Source of the DNA: the human T2T-CHM13v2.0 reference genome, Homo sapiens
Assembly: GCF_009914755.1 (NCBI RefSeq)
Contig: NC_060936.1
DNA length: 64,000 bases
Reading direction: 5' to 3' (one strand)
Shown: positions 33,150 to 48,929 of the stretch, one piece after another
How the letters are laid out: every line of letters begins with the position of its first letter
Numbering within the stretch: position 1 is the first letter of the stretch
Notes under the pieces: generated by a model
What the model saw: the letters and a program-made list of their open reading frames with translations, nothing else
What the model was told of the DNA's origin: nothing
The model's database searches: none
Position numbers and translations under genes: made by a program

Positions 33150-34790
33150 ACTTTTATTCATTCATTCATTTTGTTCATTCAACACGTATTCATTGGAAGA
33201 TCTTAGAGCTATTCTAAGTGCTGACTATATGAGCTTAGCAAAATAGCTCATGTGGAACTAGTATGTTAGACGGTAAAAAGAGCTATAGAGAAAAGAAAAG
33301 CAGAAAACAGAACTGAGGCAGAGAGGAGTGCAATTTAAACTAGGGTGGTTAGGAAAAGCAGCCTTATGAAGCTAATCCTTTGATTCAAAACTGGGAAAGG
33401 AGGTTTATCTGTGAAAGAGCCTTCCAGGCAGAAGAAATAGCTGAAAATCGTGAGGCTGCAGCCTGCCTGCTATTTTGGAGGGACAGCAAGGCCAGAGTGT
33501 CTGGAGCAAAGTGAACAAGTAGCAAGAGATGCAGGCCAAGAGCTGGAGGGTCCAGACACAAGGGGCTTACACACGCATCCTAAGGACTCTGTCTTTTTTT
33601 AAAACAAAACAAAACAAAACAAAAAAAACACTTGAGTGAGATGGGAGCCATTGAAGTGTTTTGAGCAAAGGAGTAATATGATCTAATTCCGTTTTAACAA
33701 GACAACTCTGGCTGCTGGGTTTAGAATCCATTGTAGCGGGGCAAGAGAAAAAGCAGGAAGACCAATTAAGAGGTCTTTGCAATGATCCAGTCAAAAGCTG
33801 ATGGGGGCTTGGACTGAGTAGTTGCAGTGGAGGTGGACAGAAGTGTTTGGATCAGGAAATGCTTTGTAATATATCCAAAGATATTTGTTATGTTTTCAGG
33901 TAAGAAGGAAATTTTCTTCTGGTTGTTTCTAGTGTCTCAGTGAAATACAAAGCAAAGTCATCAGCTGAGAGTGAGGATGTTGGAGGGGTTATTGGAAATT
34001 TGAGGAAAGAGAAGGAATGAAATGAGCTAGGGGTTCGAAAATTTTTTGTAAAGGGCCTGATTGTAAATATTTTTAGGCTTTGCTAGCCACAAAAATGACC
34101 TTTGTGTCAACTACTTACCTCTGCCTTTGTATTGTGAAAGCAGTCATAGACAGTATGTACCTGAATGGGCACAGCTGTGCTCTAATAAAACCTTATTTAC
34201 AAAAACAGGTGGTCAGCTAGATTTGGTCTTTAGGGGTGGAGTGAGGGGGCTGGGCATAGTTTGCCACCCCCTGATTTAGGTAAAAGGCAGTATAAATATA
34301 CCAGGATGATATGATATGATCACCAGTAAACACTGAGGTTAAAGGCCATGAATTAAACCTGTGACCTATCTGTTCATGCTTTCTTTAAGCATGTTCATCT
34401 GAAAGGGTGCTGGTGTGGAGTGGGTGGTAAGCTAATCTAGGTAAATGCTAAGAAGCAGGAGTTAGGCAGGGAATGGAGGCATTTGGAAGGGAATGATTAT
34501 AATGATTGCCCAGGGAAGAACTGAAGCTAAATAAAGAGGGGTCTGAGTTCATGGGAAGGTTGAAGGATAATGAAAAGGTGGTCGGATCAACGGATTGCGG
34601 GTTCCAGGGGGGATTGAAGGTTTGTGGGTATAGAGGAAGTAATCTGGAAAGCCAAGAGGTGGTTGTTGAACGGTGGGATGCTTGCACTTAAGGTAATGGA
34701 GGGGCTGCAGTGACTGGTAATAACAAGTTTGAATTTATGACTATGGGAGTAGTGGCTGAGGTTGAATGGAAGATAAAAAGGCAATACTGA
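33150..34790 (-). mobile_element. L2 remnant with nested MER58A-like element (34028-34273)
   Basis: (ttca)n L2 tail at 33155 and degenerate L2 body. MER58 motifs gtaaagggcc...ttatttacaaaaacagg...gtttgccaccccctg. Confidence 0.7.
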
Positions 34791-34885
34791 GAGTGATGAA
34801 ATACCACCTCCTAAAAGAGACTTTGTTTGTCCTCATCTTTTATTTTTCTTGGTGCTAAATCCAAGAATACTATCTTTTACATTAG

Positions 34886-34963
34886 AATTTCAAGAACATC
34901 ATGGATATAGACAGACTGGAAAAGAAGATTGAAGACTTGTCTAAAACTGAGACAGAGCACCAA
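34886..34963 (+). CDS. IRAG2: Coding exon 9 (NFKNIMDIDRLEKKIEDLSKTETEHQ)
   Basis: tcttttacattag| ... CAA|GTAAGC, phase 0-0. Confidence 0.9.
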
Positions 34964-35124
34964 GTAAGCACTTCCCAAATACTGGTAAAATATTTTTTTT
35001 CTGTCAAACCAGTATTATTTTATGAAAATGTCTATGCCTCATTGACAAACTAAACTTTGGTTATAAATTCTGAAACTTTTAGTCTACAAAATATTTGAGT
35101 TATATAAAAGCTAGTTTCCTTTTC

Positions 35125-36450
<1,326 letters not shown>

Positions 36451-37012
36451 TTATATTATATGGCAATTTTTAATTTAATTGTGTCTGATTTTATGAATTT
36501 CTAAATCAGGAAATATTTCAGATATTGTACCTTCTTTAAATTTTATTTTTATTTTTTTGTAGTTTACCAACCTCAACCTGAGATAATGTACCTTCTTAAT
36601 GCTAAAAATGAGGAGAGATGGGAAAAATTTATCCCTAATTATATTAAGAAATTATACCTTACAAAAATATTTTTTGTCTAGATAGTGTCTAAAAAGTCTA
36701 TATTTCATACATATTTTTGTTATCTGTCACACATTCTCATCAGGAAACAGATGACAACGACTAGTAAATTCATGAATTTGTGTCATGCTTATTGTCATCT
36801 CTAATGGCTTATTTGAGAAATATTTTGTTGTTGTATGTGTCTGAAATGATGATATACTTAAATTTCTACATTCTGATGTAGAGTTTTCCAGTTTCCTAGC
36901 AGAAACTAACATTTCATGTGTGTGTTTACATATATATGTAAAACAACAGTTATAATTTAAACATCAATTTTAAAAAAATTAACTAACAAATAATCAGTTA
37001 ATTTGTGAATTT

Positions 37013-37329
37013 AAAGATGGGATCTCACTCTGTTACCTGCGCGGTAGTGCAGTGGCATTATCATAGTTCACTGCAGCCTTGAACTCCTGGGTTCAAGTGA
37101 TCTTCCCATCACAAACCTGCACGTTGTGCACATGTACCCATCTCAAACTCCAAGTAGCTGGGAGTACAGAGGCACACCACCATGCCCAGTTAATTTATTT
37201 TTAAATTTTTTGTATAGATGAAGTCTTGCTATGTTGCCCAAGCTGATCTTGAACTCCTTCCCTCAAGTGATCCTCCTACTTTGGCCTCCTAAAGCATGGG
37301 ATTACAGCTGTAAGCCACCATGCCCAGCC
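37013..37329 (-). mobile_element. Alu (J-like) containing a ~30-bp L1 insert
   Basis: Alu consensus interrupted at 37111-37136. Confidence 0.85.
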
Positions 37330-38374
37330 TTCTTAGACATTAAAATTAATTCTACACTAGGAGTGGCTGTCTTTGCAAAACACAACTGTGATAAACCAGT
37401 GGAAAGAGCCAGAAGACACGGGTTCAGATCCTGTCTTTTCTACTGAAAAATTTTATAACCTCAGGCAAGCTCTAAGTCTAAATTTTCACATCTACTAAAT
37501 GGATGTGATGTTTGTACCTATCCCACAAGCTTGCTATAAATTCAGATGATGATGTGATTATATCCAATGTATAAGATTATGGTGATGATTCTGCTTCTGA
37601 CCATGATGATTATTTTTCCAGGTTCTCAATTCAGTCAATATACATATTTATTCATTCTATAATATGCAGCAGCATATGCCAACAAGCTTGCTTTTGATTT
37701 GAATAAATTGATATATCCTTTATGTTCACTTAGCTAAAAGAAATCTTAAGCATTGTTACAATATGTTTTTTTTTTTATTTAAATTTTAGTTTTAGAGATG
37801 AGAGTCTTGCGCTGTCACCTGGGCTGAAGTGCAATGGTGTGATCATAGCTCACTGCACCTTCGAACTCTGGGGCTCAAACCATCCTCCAGCCTCAGCCTC
37901 CCGAGTGCCTGAGACTACAGGCATGTGCCGCCATGCCAGGCTAAACTATGTTTTTAAAAGGGGAAGAGTCTTCTATGTGTCCTCATGGAATCTCTATGTT
38001 CATATTGTATCTAGACTTTTTATTTTCACCAAAAAAGTGAAGATTCTGAACATTCCCTTATTATGTTAAGTGTGGAATGGTGGGAAGGGCACTTGGCTGG
38101 AGCTGTAGACTTGCATTCCAGGCTCAGCTCTGCCATTGACAGTGTGCGACATTGGGTGGGTGAGTCTCTGGGTAGTGTGGAGTTTGGTTTCCTCACTGGT
38201 AACATGAGAGCAATGATGCCTGCCTCTAGAGTTGGAAGGGAAAGTACTTTGTAAAGTGAAAAGTACATGCATGTTAAAGGTGCTTCAGAAACATCTTACT
38301 GGAATGATTTTATGGCACTGTCCTTTTACCAAAGCAATGTCCCAACGGCCTTCCCTAAATTCGTCTCTTTTCAG

Positions 38375-38431
38375 ATGCAGTTACACACATATGAGAACAC
38401 TTTGCTTAATAAAGATACAAGTTTGCAGAAG
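38375..38431 (+). CDS. IRAG2: Coding exon 10 (MQLHTYENTLLNKDTSLQK)
   Basis: tctcttttcag| ... AAG|GTTGGT, phase 0-0. Resembles KASH5 RQLFECEHLICQRDTILSE. Confidence 0.88.
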
Positions 38432-38474
38432 GTTGGTATTGTTCCTTACCACAAAGTCCCATGGAATTGGCTAG

Positions 38475-38783
<309 letters not shown>

Positions 38784-39759
38784 TAAAAAATCTGATTCTA
38801 ATATGATGTCATGAGACTTTCCTTTATAGTACTTTATAAAAATAAGTTTGAACATATCTTCTCTAAATTCTGGTGGTGTTCATCCACACGTGACAAATAT
38901 TAGTGTGCCAATCTACCAGTCACTGGCTAGATACTGGTGATGTCGTTTTAATTTCTAACAACATAAATGAGTCTGCAGCCATTCATTTTAGGGTGGAAGA
39001 AGAATATATACCCAAATTATTTGAAACCCAATTTGATTGATTGATTAGATAGATACATAGATAGATATCATTCTATTCTTGTATCCTGTGATTGTAGCCA
39101 AGGATACCGGCTACAAAGGTGCTGGTTACGGTAACTTTAAGAGACACAGGAAGGAACACAGCCTCAGTCAGTAATCTTCCACAGTCCAAAACAGAGAAGT
39201 GAAGAAAGAATGATATTTGCCACTCCTCTTTTCCATGCACATTTTGAAGTTTCAAAAGAAACATGCATAGCTGTGGACTTTGACTGGGATACTGCGTATT
39301 GTCCTAACTTGATGTCTTCATTGCGGGTGTTCTCTATGTAATGATATTGCGATAGTAGTGGCTACTCAGTTCCTCCCTAACTCTGGTCTTCTCACCATTC
39401 TGCACTCCTGCTCAGGGTTCATCAGGTATTGATTGATCATCTCCCATGTGCCAGCCACCACGCTAGCCACAGGATAAAATTAGAGATCAGGTACTCACTA
39501 CCTGTACCTTTTGGTCTTGTAGAAGAAAACAATGATTTTAAGGAGGTATCATTAGTACTGAAAAAAATCAGATGCCTTTATTTCATTGGTCACTTGCAAG
39601 ACTGATTTTTTTCTTTAACACATCATGATGATAAATATAATTTTGTTTTGGGCTTAAGAATCACCTTTTAGAGTTTGATTCCACTGGGTCAGACAAACAC
39701 AGATTATATTGACACCAGTTACATATTGCTCCCTTTTTGTCCGTGTGTGTGTGTGTGTT

Positions 39760-40057
39760 TGTTTTTGTTTTGTTTTTTTGTTTTGTTTCACTCTTGTTGC
39801 CCAGGCTGGAGTGCAATGGCGTGATCTTGGCTCACCACAACCTCCACCTCCTGGATTCAAGTGATTCTCCTGCCTCAGCCTCCTGAGTAGCTGGGATTAC
39901 AGGCATGCGCCACCACACCCGGCTAATTTTGCGTTTTTAGTAGAGACAGGGTTTCCCCATGTTGGTCAGGCTGGTCTGGACCTCCCGACCTCAGGTGATC
40001 CGCCCTCCTCGGCCTCCCAAAGTGTTGGGATTACAGTCGTGAGCCACCACGCCCAGC
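39760..40057 (-). mobile_element. Alu (S-like) next to a (TG)n tract
   Basis: Alu consensus. Confidence 0.9.
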
Positions 40058-40238
40058 CGTCCTTGTGTGTTTTTAATCGCAAAACACCGACTGGTTCAGT
40101 TTTCAAATAGTGAGACTGGTAGAATTGCATGACGATTGGGCATTTACAATTTTTCTGTGGCTCACATTAATAGTCTAATATATATGATTTGGTGGACCCA
40201 TTACTTTTTTGCTATTATTTCTCTCTTCTACTTTTCAG

Positions 40239-40298
40239 AAAGGCTTATATATAGAAGAACTTAAATCAACCATCATAGAATATGGAAGCATTATAGAG
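40239..40298 (+). CDS. IRAG2: Coding exon 11 (KGLYIEELKSTIIEYGSIIE)
   Basis: ttctacttttcag| ... GAG|GTATAC, phase 0-0. Resembles KASH5 RTRDVESLAQTLEEYRVTTQ. Confidence 0.88.
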
Positions 40299-40401
40299 GT
40301 ATACCTGTTATTATTAATCTCACACCTTGCAAGGTGGGCTTGTTAAATGTAAATTCCCCACTAGAGTAACATGTACAGCCTAATGTTGTGTGCGATTCCA
40401 G

Positions 40402-40466
40402 AATTTACGAGGGGAAAAAAGTAAACTGGCTCATGAGTTACAGCACTTGCAACAGGCACTCATCAC
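40402..40466 (+). CDS. IRAG2: Coding exon 12 (NLRGEKSKLAHELQHLQQALI)
   Basis: gattccag| ... CAC|GTAAGT, phase 0-2, after a 103-nt intron. Resembles KASH5 ELRLEISRLEEQL. Confidence 0.88.
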
Positions 40467-40636
40467 GTAAGTAGAGGGCAACCCTTGCCAGCCTCCTCTC
40501 TTGTTCCTCTACCCTACATTATTGGCCCAATTGAGCTTTGTATGTGCCACATTCTTTTCTTCTATACGTTTGTATGTGATATTTTCTCTATTTTTCTCCA
40601 TGAGAACTTCTTTGTGAGTTTTCTATGACCCCTGAT

Positions 40637-40999
40637 TGTCTTAGACAGCTCAGGATGCTATGACAAAATACCATAGACTGTGTGGCTTCAATAATACTCA
40701 TTTATTTCTTACAGTTTTGGAGGCTGGAACTCCAAGATCAGGATGCCAGCAGGGTTGAGTTCTAGTGAGGGCCCTGTACTAAGTTGCAGATTGCCGACTT
40801 ATCCTTGTACAAGCATGGAGGAAAAGCAGTTAGCTAACTCTTTGGCTTCTTCTTATAAGGACACTAATCCCATTCATGAGGGCTCCAACCTCATAACTTA
40901 ATTACCTTCCAAGTGTTCCATTTCCAAATACCATCGCATTGGGGTTAGGAATTCAATATATGAAATAATGGGGGGCAAACAAACATTCAGTCCATTGTG
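40637..40999 (-). mobile_element. MaLR LTR (MLT1A-like)
   Basis: tgtcttag...caaaataccatagactg...ggacactaatcccattcatgagggctcc...aaacattcagtccat. Confidence 0.8.
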
Positions 41000-41044
41000 T
41001 TGACTTTCCCTTGCTTGCTTTTCCCTTACCCTGGAACTAAGTAA

Positions 41045-41348
<304 letters not shown>

Positions 41349-41941
41349 TAAGTAATTGTTTTGAATGTAAGCATGGCACCTTGTTCTCACCTCTTTCCTA
41401 ACACACATCATCCTGTATGATAATTATTTGTTTCTGAATGTGAGTAATATGCTAGTCCAGGATCCACAGGAGCCACTCAGATAACAAAAATGAGTAAAGC
41501 TAATGGAATATGCACGCATCTACATTATGCAAATGGCAAAGGAGATAAGTGCATTACCGATATAAAGGCAAAGGGGTTACTCTGTTTAGCTCCAACTAAT
41601 TGTGACATCAAAACGGTATGGACCTAATCTGGCCACATCTTCTGATTTTGGAAGAAAAGCCAGAAATCCAGATTTTTAAGTGACATTTTCTGATTTTTAA
41701 CTGTTGGTACCAATTCTTTTAAAAACTGTGGCCTGGTGTATGACCTCCTAGACTCACCAGTCTGTGCAGCTCCTGGAGGACAGAGACAATTTCTGATCAC
41801 TCTCCCTATTCCCAAGCACATTATACAATCCTTGGCACATGGCACTGATTGTTTCGTGATAAATGGACCCTATATTCTGTTGACTTCAAACGTAATGTTG
41901 GAGGCACACCTAACTAGACTATTGTTTTTGTTTTTCTCAAG

Positions 41942-42041
41942 AAATGGGATCCAGTTGAATGTTAATGGAGAGTGTAACAGTATCATCTCTGAAGGAGAAA
42001 AGTCTTTACATTACGAACTCACTCTTGCTCAGTCTGCAGAG
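41942..42041 (+). CDS. IRAG2: Coding exon 13 (TNGIQLNVNGECNSIISEGEKSLHYELTLAQSAE)
   Basis: tgtttttctcaag| ... GAG|GTAGGT, phase 2-0. Confidence 0.88.
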
Positions 42042-43746
42042 GTAGGTCATTATAAGAAGATGGAAAGCTTTGAAAGATAACTACCCCATGTGATAGCTTA
42101 TGATTTAATGAAGGTTCACAGCTTGCCAAAAACTACCAGTGACACTGAGAGAATGTGCTGATAGTTCTTAGAGTCCAAGTCTAAAGTTTCTTAGCTTGGG
42201 GAGAAAGGACCATTTTCAAGTTACGGCCGAAAGCTACAGCAAGGTTGAAGGTTTGTGGAAGTGTGCATTCAGGGACTTTGGGACTTTAGAAATCTTTGTT
42301 TTCTTGACAGGACAGACTACCTGCCCTGATTCCCCAGCCTGGGATCCCAAAGGTAGCAGTAGATATCCATGAGTTATTTTTTAGAATTTTCCAAACCCTG
42401 AAAGTAAATATATTTATCAAAAAATAAAGATGCCCAGAAACAATACCAAATTTATTTGCTTTAGATTATAATTGTATCAGCCCAAATTAATGACATTGAT
42501 TATTACATTCTGAACAGAAACTAGCATTTTCTTACATGTGTTTTGGTTAATTTTAAAGTGGCAAAATGAATTTATTAGTTTAAACAATTTCCATTTGTTT
42601 GGTAGACCCAGTACTTTATAACATGGGAAGAAATATTTTAAAAACCTTCTCGGGGATAAAGATGTTCTGACTCCCTTATGCTATATTTTCATTCCTTTGT
42701 ATTCTCCAGTTTTGTGCTTGTTATGCTCAGAAATGCTTTATTTAGAAAAATGCTTTCTTTTCACCATTTGATGGTCTCTTCCTATCTGTGGACGATAGAT
42801 ATGTCAGAATGTTCTCCTGTTGACAGCTGTGATGCCACCTTGAAAGGAGAGAAAGAATGCCTTTGGGCAAACGCTATTTGAATTGCTTCTGCCAAGGATG
42901 CAGGGACAACATATGCTGCCTTCATCTGAAGCCATCTCCGGCAGCCCTGGACATTCTGCTGAGGGCTGTGCTTTCCTGACATTCTGTTTCAAATACTCAT
43001 CATTTCACTGTGTTTTTGAAACCAAGCCAAACTGCCAGACTGAATGAAACTGTGGCAAATCTGCCACAGCAGTGTGTTTTTATCCTCAGTCCTCTGAGAT
43101 AATAATGATGTCAAGATGCCAGCCCAGAAAGTTCTATAGTTCTAAACAGGAAGGTTATCAGCCGGCAAAGTTCTGGCTCTGAGGTTTACCCACTGATGAG
43201 TTGGGAAGTTTGTCTTCTAACTAGAATCTCAAAGTAAGAGTCCTGTAACCTTTTCAACAGGCAGCAAAAAGAAGACTTGGGTCATATATTTAAAATATGA
43301 CAGGAGGCAGAGATTTTGAGAGAAGTATAGGGAATGTACTTTGTGAAACATCATATGGTCTTTTATGAATGGAAGGGAGACAAAAGAAGCCAACCTGTTT
43401 TCAGTGGGATTGATGGAGCAGCCCTTCTCCATCAATTTTTTCCCCCTGGGTATTTCTTTACCTATTTTTATGTTAAAATTAGAGCCATAACCGTTTATAT
43501 CATCAGCATGTAAATGTCATCTATTGATAATGAGTTTTCCTTAAGACAGAATAAATGTTCAATTGGAGCCATCCCAGAGAGAAAATATCAACAGCTTTTT
43601 TAGGATGTAGGAGAATTTCACAAAACTATTGAGAACCAAATGACAAGGACAATGACATTAACTCATGAGCATCATTTTTGTTAAGTGAAAATAATGAATG
43701 TTCTTTATTCAGATGTCAATTGTGGGCATTTCGATCCTTGTTTCAG

Positions 43747-43881
43747 AACACTGAAACAGAAAGGCAGCACAATGTAATCAACTTGTCATCTCTGGACGCC
43801 ATGATGGATCAGGAAATGCTGCTATTACTAAGAGAGCCCGCACAGAAGGCAGTGGAATTCACAGCCACGCTTCAGAAGCTG
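43747..43881 (+). CDS. IRAG2: Coding exon 14 (NTETERQHNVINLSSLDAMMDQEMLLLLREPAQKAVEFTATLQKL)
   Basis: ccttgtttcag| ... CTG|GTATCG, phase 0-0. Confidence 0.85.
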
Positions 43882-44337
43882 GTATCGTATAACATACCTT
43901 TATCATGGTGTTCCGTTTTGGCTGGCAATATCTGCAGATAACTGACCTGCAACCTGTTTGCTGAGTCCAAATGTGTCTGTGTGCTGCTGAGACCCAAATT
44001 AATACACTCTGAAAAGCGAAGGTTTTTCTCAAACCTTTCTGAAGCTGGCCTTTTAGTTCTGGGTCAATCAGGGCTAACAGATTGACCATTAGATACGGAT
44101 TGCTTGAGGTTATTTTTTCCTGTGAGCTAATCTTTAGTATCAAAGGGCTGAAGACATGGTATCTATTGAACAGTTTCCTTCTTTAAATTTTCTTCTGGTT
44201 AATGGCTGGTATTCCTTTCTCCATTTTGACTTTTCACTGGAAACTCTGGATGATTGGAGAAATCAGAGAACAATATTTTCATACTGGTATTGCCAGTCCC
44301 TTTCATAGTGCCTAGCATATAGTAGGTAGCATTTAGT

Positions 44338-44386
44338 TTGGTACATTTTGGTACATTTTACATTTTGTACATTTTGGTACATTTTA
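44338..44386. repeat. Short tandem repeat of TTTGGTACAT variants (~5 copies)
   Basis: tttggtacat tttggtacat tttacat tttgtacat tttggtacat. Confidence 0.85.
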
Positions 44387-44678
44387 GAACGGTAAAAATA
44401 AGTGAAAATGGTTGTTTTCTTCTATTTAAAAAGATGGGGTTTGTTCTGGAAAATGATTCTCTCTGTATATATTCAACATGTATAGAGCACCTGATGATAT
44501 AGCATATACACATGGCAACATCCTGGAATAAAAGAAAGTCACTGGGGGCATTAGATGCAAAGGAACGTATTCTGGTATTTTCCTGAGTTACCTATATAGT
44601 AGAATTTTGGTCTCAATGGATTCTGATTATATAATAGCATATGTCTTCCTAGTTGAAGATGTGGAACTCTTTTTTCAG

Positions 44679-44780
44679 CACGAAGAAATTTCTAAAATTG
44701 CAACCCTCATTGAAAACTCTCGACGGTGGGTAACTAATCCAGAAATTACTGTGAAAGAAAAGTGGGAGGAGCAGCTTACT
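44679..44780 (+). CDS. IRAG2: Coding exon 15 (HEEISKIATLIENSRRWVTNPEITVKEKWEEQLT)
   Basis: ctcttttttcag| ... ACT|GTAAGT, phase 0-0. Confidence 0.87.
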
Positions 44781-45389
44781 GTAAGTGTTTTATATTTTAT
44801 GATTTTCCTGGTTTTTCTTCTACTTTGTTAAGCCAGGTAATAGTATATACAGTACCATTTCTAAGACTTTATTGTAGTCTTCTGCTATCTTAGTCTGATC
44901 ATGAGTATAGACTGTGTGTCCAGGGGTGTATATGAGTGTGAGGGTGAGGAAAGTATGTGAGAGAGAGTGAGTGTGCAGATATGTGAGATGTGATGGAGAG
45001 AAAATAATAAATAAGATGATTTAATGAAAAAAATGCATTTATCTCCTTGTAAGAATTGGCTAGTCTAAATTAAGATTTTTCCTTAGCCTATTAAAATTGC
45101 CTAACTTTGAAAGAATGATTACTGTGTAACAGAATCTTATTCCTGAGACTTTGACGGTTTTACTATCTCAGGAACTTGCAGAACATTGGAAAAACAGGAA
45201 CTTCTTAGGTAGCTATTCCCAGCTTTATTAGAAAGGAAGCATATGAGAAGGTATCTCTTTCATCTGTCCCTCACCTATTTACCTCTACTTCTTGACTGCC
45301 AGCCACTTTCTAGCATCCATCAGCCCCTTAAGTTAAGCTAAAGAAAAAAGTAAACTCTGGAATATGATTTCAACTCCTTTGCCAATCTA

Positions 45390-45720
<331 letters not shown>

Positions 45721-46067
45721 TGATATTATTGCATTATCTTGTCCCATCCTGTTCTAAAGCAATTGTGATGACTACTGAAGTTGTCAGGGGAAACTTAAGA
45801 AAAAGAAAGCAAAGCTCAGTTTTAGGGACATAATAGGCACTTTATACATACTTGTTACATTGACATAACCAATAGGATAGTCAATCTCTGGGCAATTGGA
45901 AATTGGTATTAATTAACATACAATTGAGAATTGGTACTCATTGACATACAATTTTGGCATCCAGTATGCCATTGAGATGGAATGTCCACAGCTTTTTAGA
46001 TTGCCTCTGTCATTTGTCCGTGTTTAACATTGGAGTACTGGGGTTTGTTTTGTGACTTTTCTTGTAG

Positions 46068-46231
46068 GAATTCAACAATATCATGGAAGAGAAGCTAGAT
46101 CTTTGCATATTAATGCTGAACATCTTGGGAAACCACAAAGAGTCTCTTGATAAAGAATTTGCCAAATTAATAGAGATTTTGAAGAGATTCAGGCAGGAAT
46201 ATTTTTATTTCAGAAAAGAATTTCTTGCCAG
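46068..46231 (+). CDS. IRAG2: Coding exon 16 (EFNNIMEEKLDLCILMLNILGNHKESLDKEFAKLIEILKRFRQEYFYFRKEFLA)
   Basis: ttttcttgtag| ... CAG|GTGATG, phase 0-2. Confidence 0.88.
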
Positions 46232-46454
46232 GTGATGATCATTTATATATAAGAAATCCATGCTTTATATACATGACATGTTTATGATCATGCCACTGCA
46301 TTCAGTTTACTTTCTGCAAGTTGTATACATTGATTTCAGATGATACTTTTTTCAGAGAAGATATTCTGTTTGATAATTCTGAATTGTAAAATAGTATGAA
46401 ATTGACTTACATGTTCAAAATTGCAAATGACGAACTATAAAATCTGTGGAAACC

Positions 46455-46750
46455 AGCCAAGCGCGGTGGCTCACGCCTGTAATCCCAGCACTTTGGGAGG
46501 CTAAGGTGGGCGAATCACCTGAGGTCAGGAGTTTGAGACCAACCTGGCCAACATGGTGAAACCCTGTCTCTACTAAAAATACAAAAATTAGCTGGGTGTG
46601 GTGGTAATGCCTGTAATCCCAGCTACTTGGGAGGCTGATGCAGGAGAATTGCTTGAACCCGGGAGGCAGAGATTCAGTGAGCTGAGATTGCACTACTGCA
46701 CTCCAGCCTGGGTGACAGAGTGAGACTCCATTTCAAAAAAAAAAAAAAAA
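46455..46750 (+). mobile_element. Alu (S-like)
   Basis: TSD aaaatctgtggaaacc. Confidence 0.93.
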
Positions 46751-47460
46751 ATCTGTGGAAACCAGTATACTGAGTTATTTTTTCCCTAGAGAAGGAATTT
46801 GGAATTACAAAATATAATCTTTTACCAGAAGAAGCCTTAGAGAGCCTCTAGTAACCTCATAATTTTTCAGAGGACTAAGGCATGAAGAGATAAAGTGAAT
46901 TGACTAAGACCTGAGAGTTACTAATGGAAGCTCTAGAACTTGAAGCCAGGTCTGTTGGCTCCTCCCCACTGGGTTTTATGTTTGACCTCAGTGTATCATG
47001 TTGGGCACTGGGCAACTAAATGTCAGTTAAATGGAGTCATAGGGAATAGATGGTAACAAATATAAAATAACTTACCCTCTTATCCTTTCTCTACCCTCAA
47101 TTCTTATGATAATGGGGAAATTCTTGAAATTTTTACACCCTGGAAACCATAAGCACAGTGATTATATCTTTTGTTAACTACCATTTATATAGCTGCTAGG
47201 ACCATACTTAGCACTTACTTAAGAAATGCTTTTTGAGCAAATGAGCAAATGAACACAGGTATATATTTCACTTGAACAAAATTTTAAAATGTAATTAGAG
47301 ACTGAGGTAAGCTTGAAGCAAATAGCCAGAAGAAACTATTTTATTCCCCCCAAATATAAGGAAACTAGATACCAGAGAGAGAATACCAGAGGAACTCTCA
47401 AGAAAATGATCTTCTGCTTTCCCTAAGAAGCAGAGAACCCACACTTCCCCATAGTGGTAA

Positions 47461-47823
<363 letters not shown>

Positions 47824-48322
47824 AACATTCTTCTATTTAGCAACAAAGAACTATTTGGAGAGAGGTCTGCACTAATGTCATCTCGAAATGAGTGAATCTT
47901 CTGTATTGTCCTACTTAGACATACAAGCAGCCCGGTTAAATAACAGTAGGTGTCATTTGTCTAGAGGCTACTGTGTCAGATGTAGTGCTAAGAATCTGAC
48001 ATATATTTATATCCAGAGAGGTTGCATAATTTGCCCAAGGTTACCCAGCTGGGATTAAGTGACAGCTGGGATTCAGACCTAGTTCTGTCTGACTTCAGAA
48101 CCTGTGTCCTTTCGATGGTTGATCTCCCACCATCGACTTGTTAAATCTGATACAAGATTCTTTAAAAATATTCTGGGAACCTGGCATTGGGCAAAATACT
48201 CCTTATCAGCATAAGATGGTTATAACCTCTGGCTTTTGGACACAATTTAAAACTGACAAAGCCACATAAAGGCTACACACAAAATAATTTGACTGTGGAT
48301 TTTAGCTATGAATAAGTAGATA

Positions 48323-48645
48323 GCTGGGTGCCCCGGCTCATGCCTGTAATCCCAGCACTTTGGGAAGCCAAGACAGGAGGATAGTTTGAGCCTGGGAGTT
48401 CAGACCTGCCTGGGCAACATAGCGAGACCCTGTCTCTAAAAAAAATTTTAAATGAGCTGGGCATGGTGATGCATGCCTGTAGTCTCAGCTACTTGGGAGG
48501 TTGAGGTGGAAGGATTGAGCCCAGGAGTTTGAGGCTACAGTGAGCTATAATTGTGCCAGTGCACTCTAGCAGCCTGTGAGACAGAGCAAGACACTGCCTC
48601 TTAAAAAAAAAGAGAGAGAGAGAGAGAAAAGAAAAGAAAAAGAAA
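48323..48645 (+). mobile_element. Alu (J-like)
   Basis: Alu consensus. Confidence 0.88.
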
Positions 48646-48929
48646 ATAAATGGAGTATTTTGTGAGGATGAGAGAGAATTCTGTTTAGATGAGGTAGGAA
48701 ATGTTTATTAAAGGTAAATTTTTAGGGGCTATTTACTGAGGAAGAGAAGGTTCCCATTCTGCTGTGGGACAAATAGGCTCTAATGCTGAAGAATGGAAAT
48801 AATTGAGTGGGCCAAAGAGAGGCATGGACAGGAAAGTTCTCTCAGAAGCCTTGGCGAGGAAACAAGTCTTGATTCGTACGACATCCGTCAGGATGTCCGC
48901 TCTTTGCCTGGCTTCCACCCCTTCCCCAA

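Noticed and set aside
44338-44386. Repeat array as a CRISPR-like or regulatory structure
   Set aside because: Simple degenerate minisatellite with no spacers, in a eukaryotic intron.
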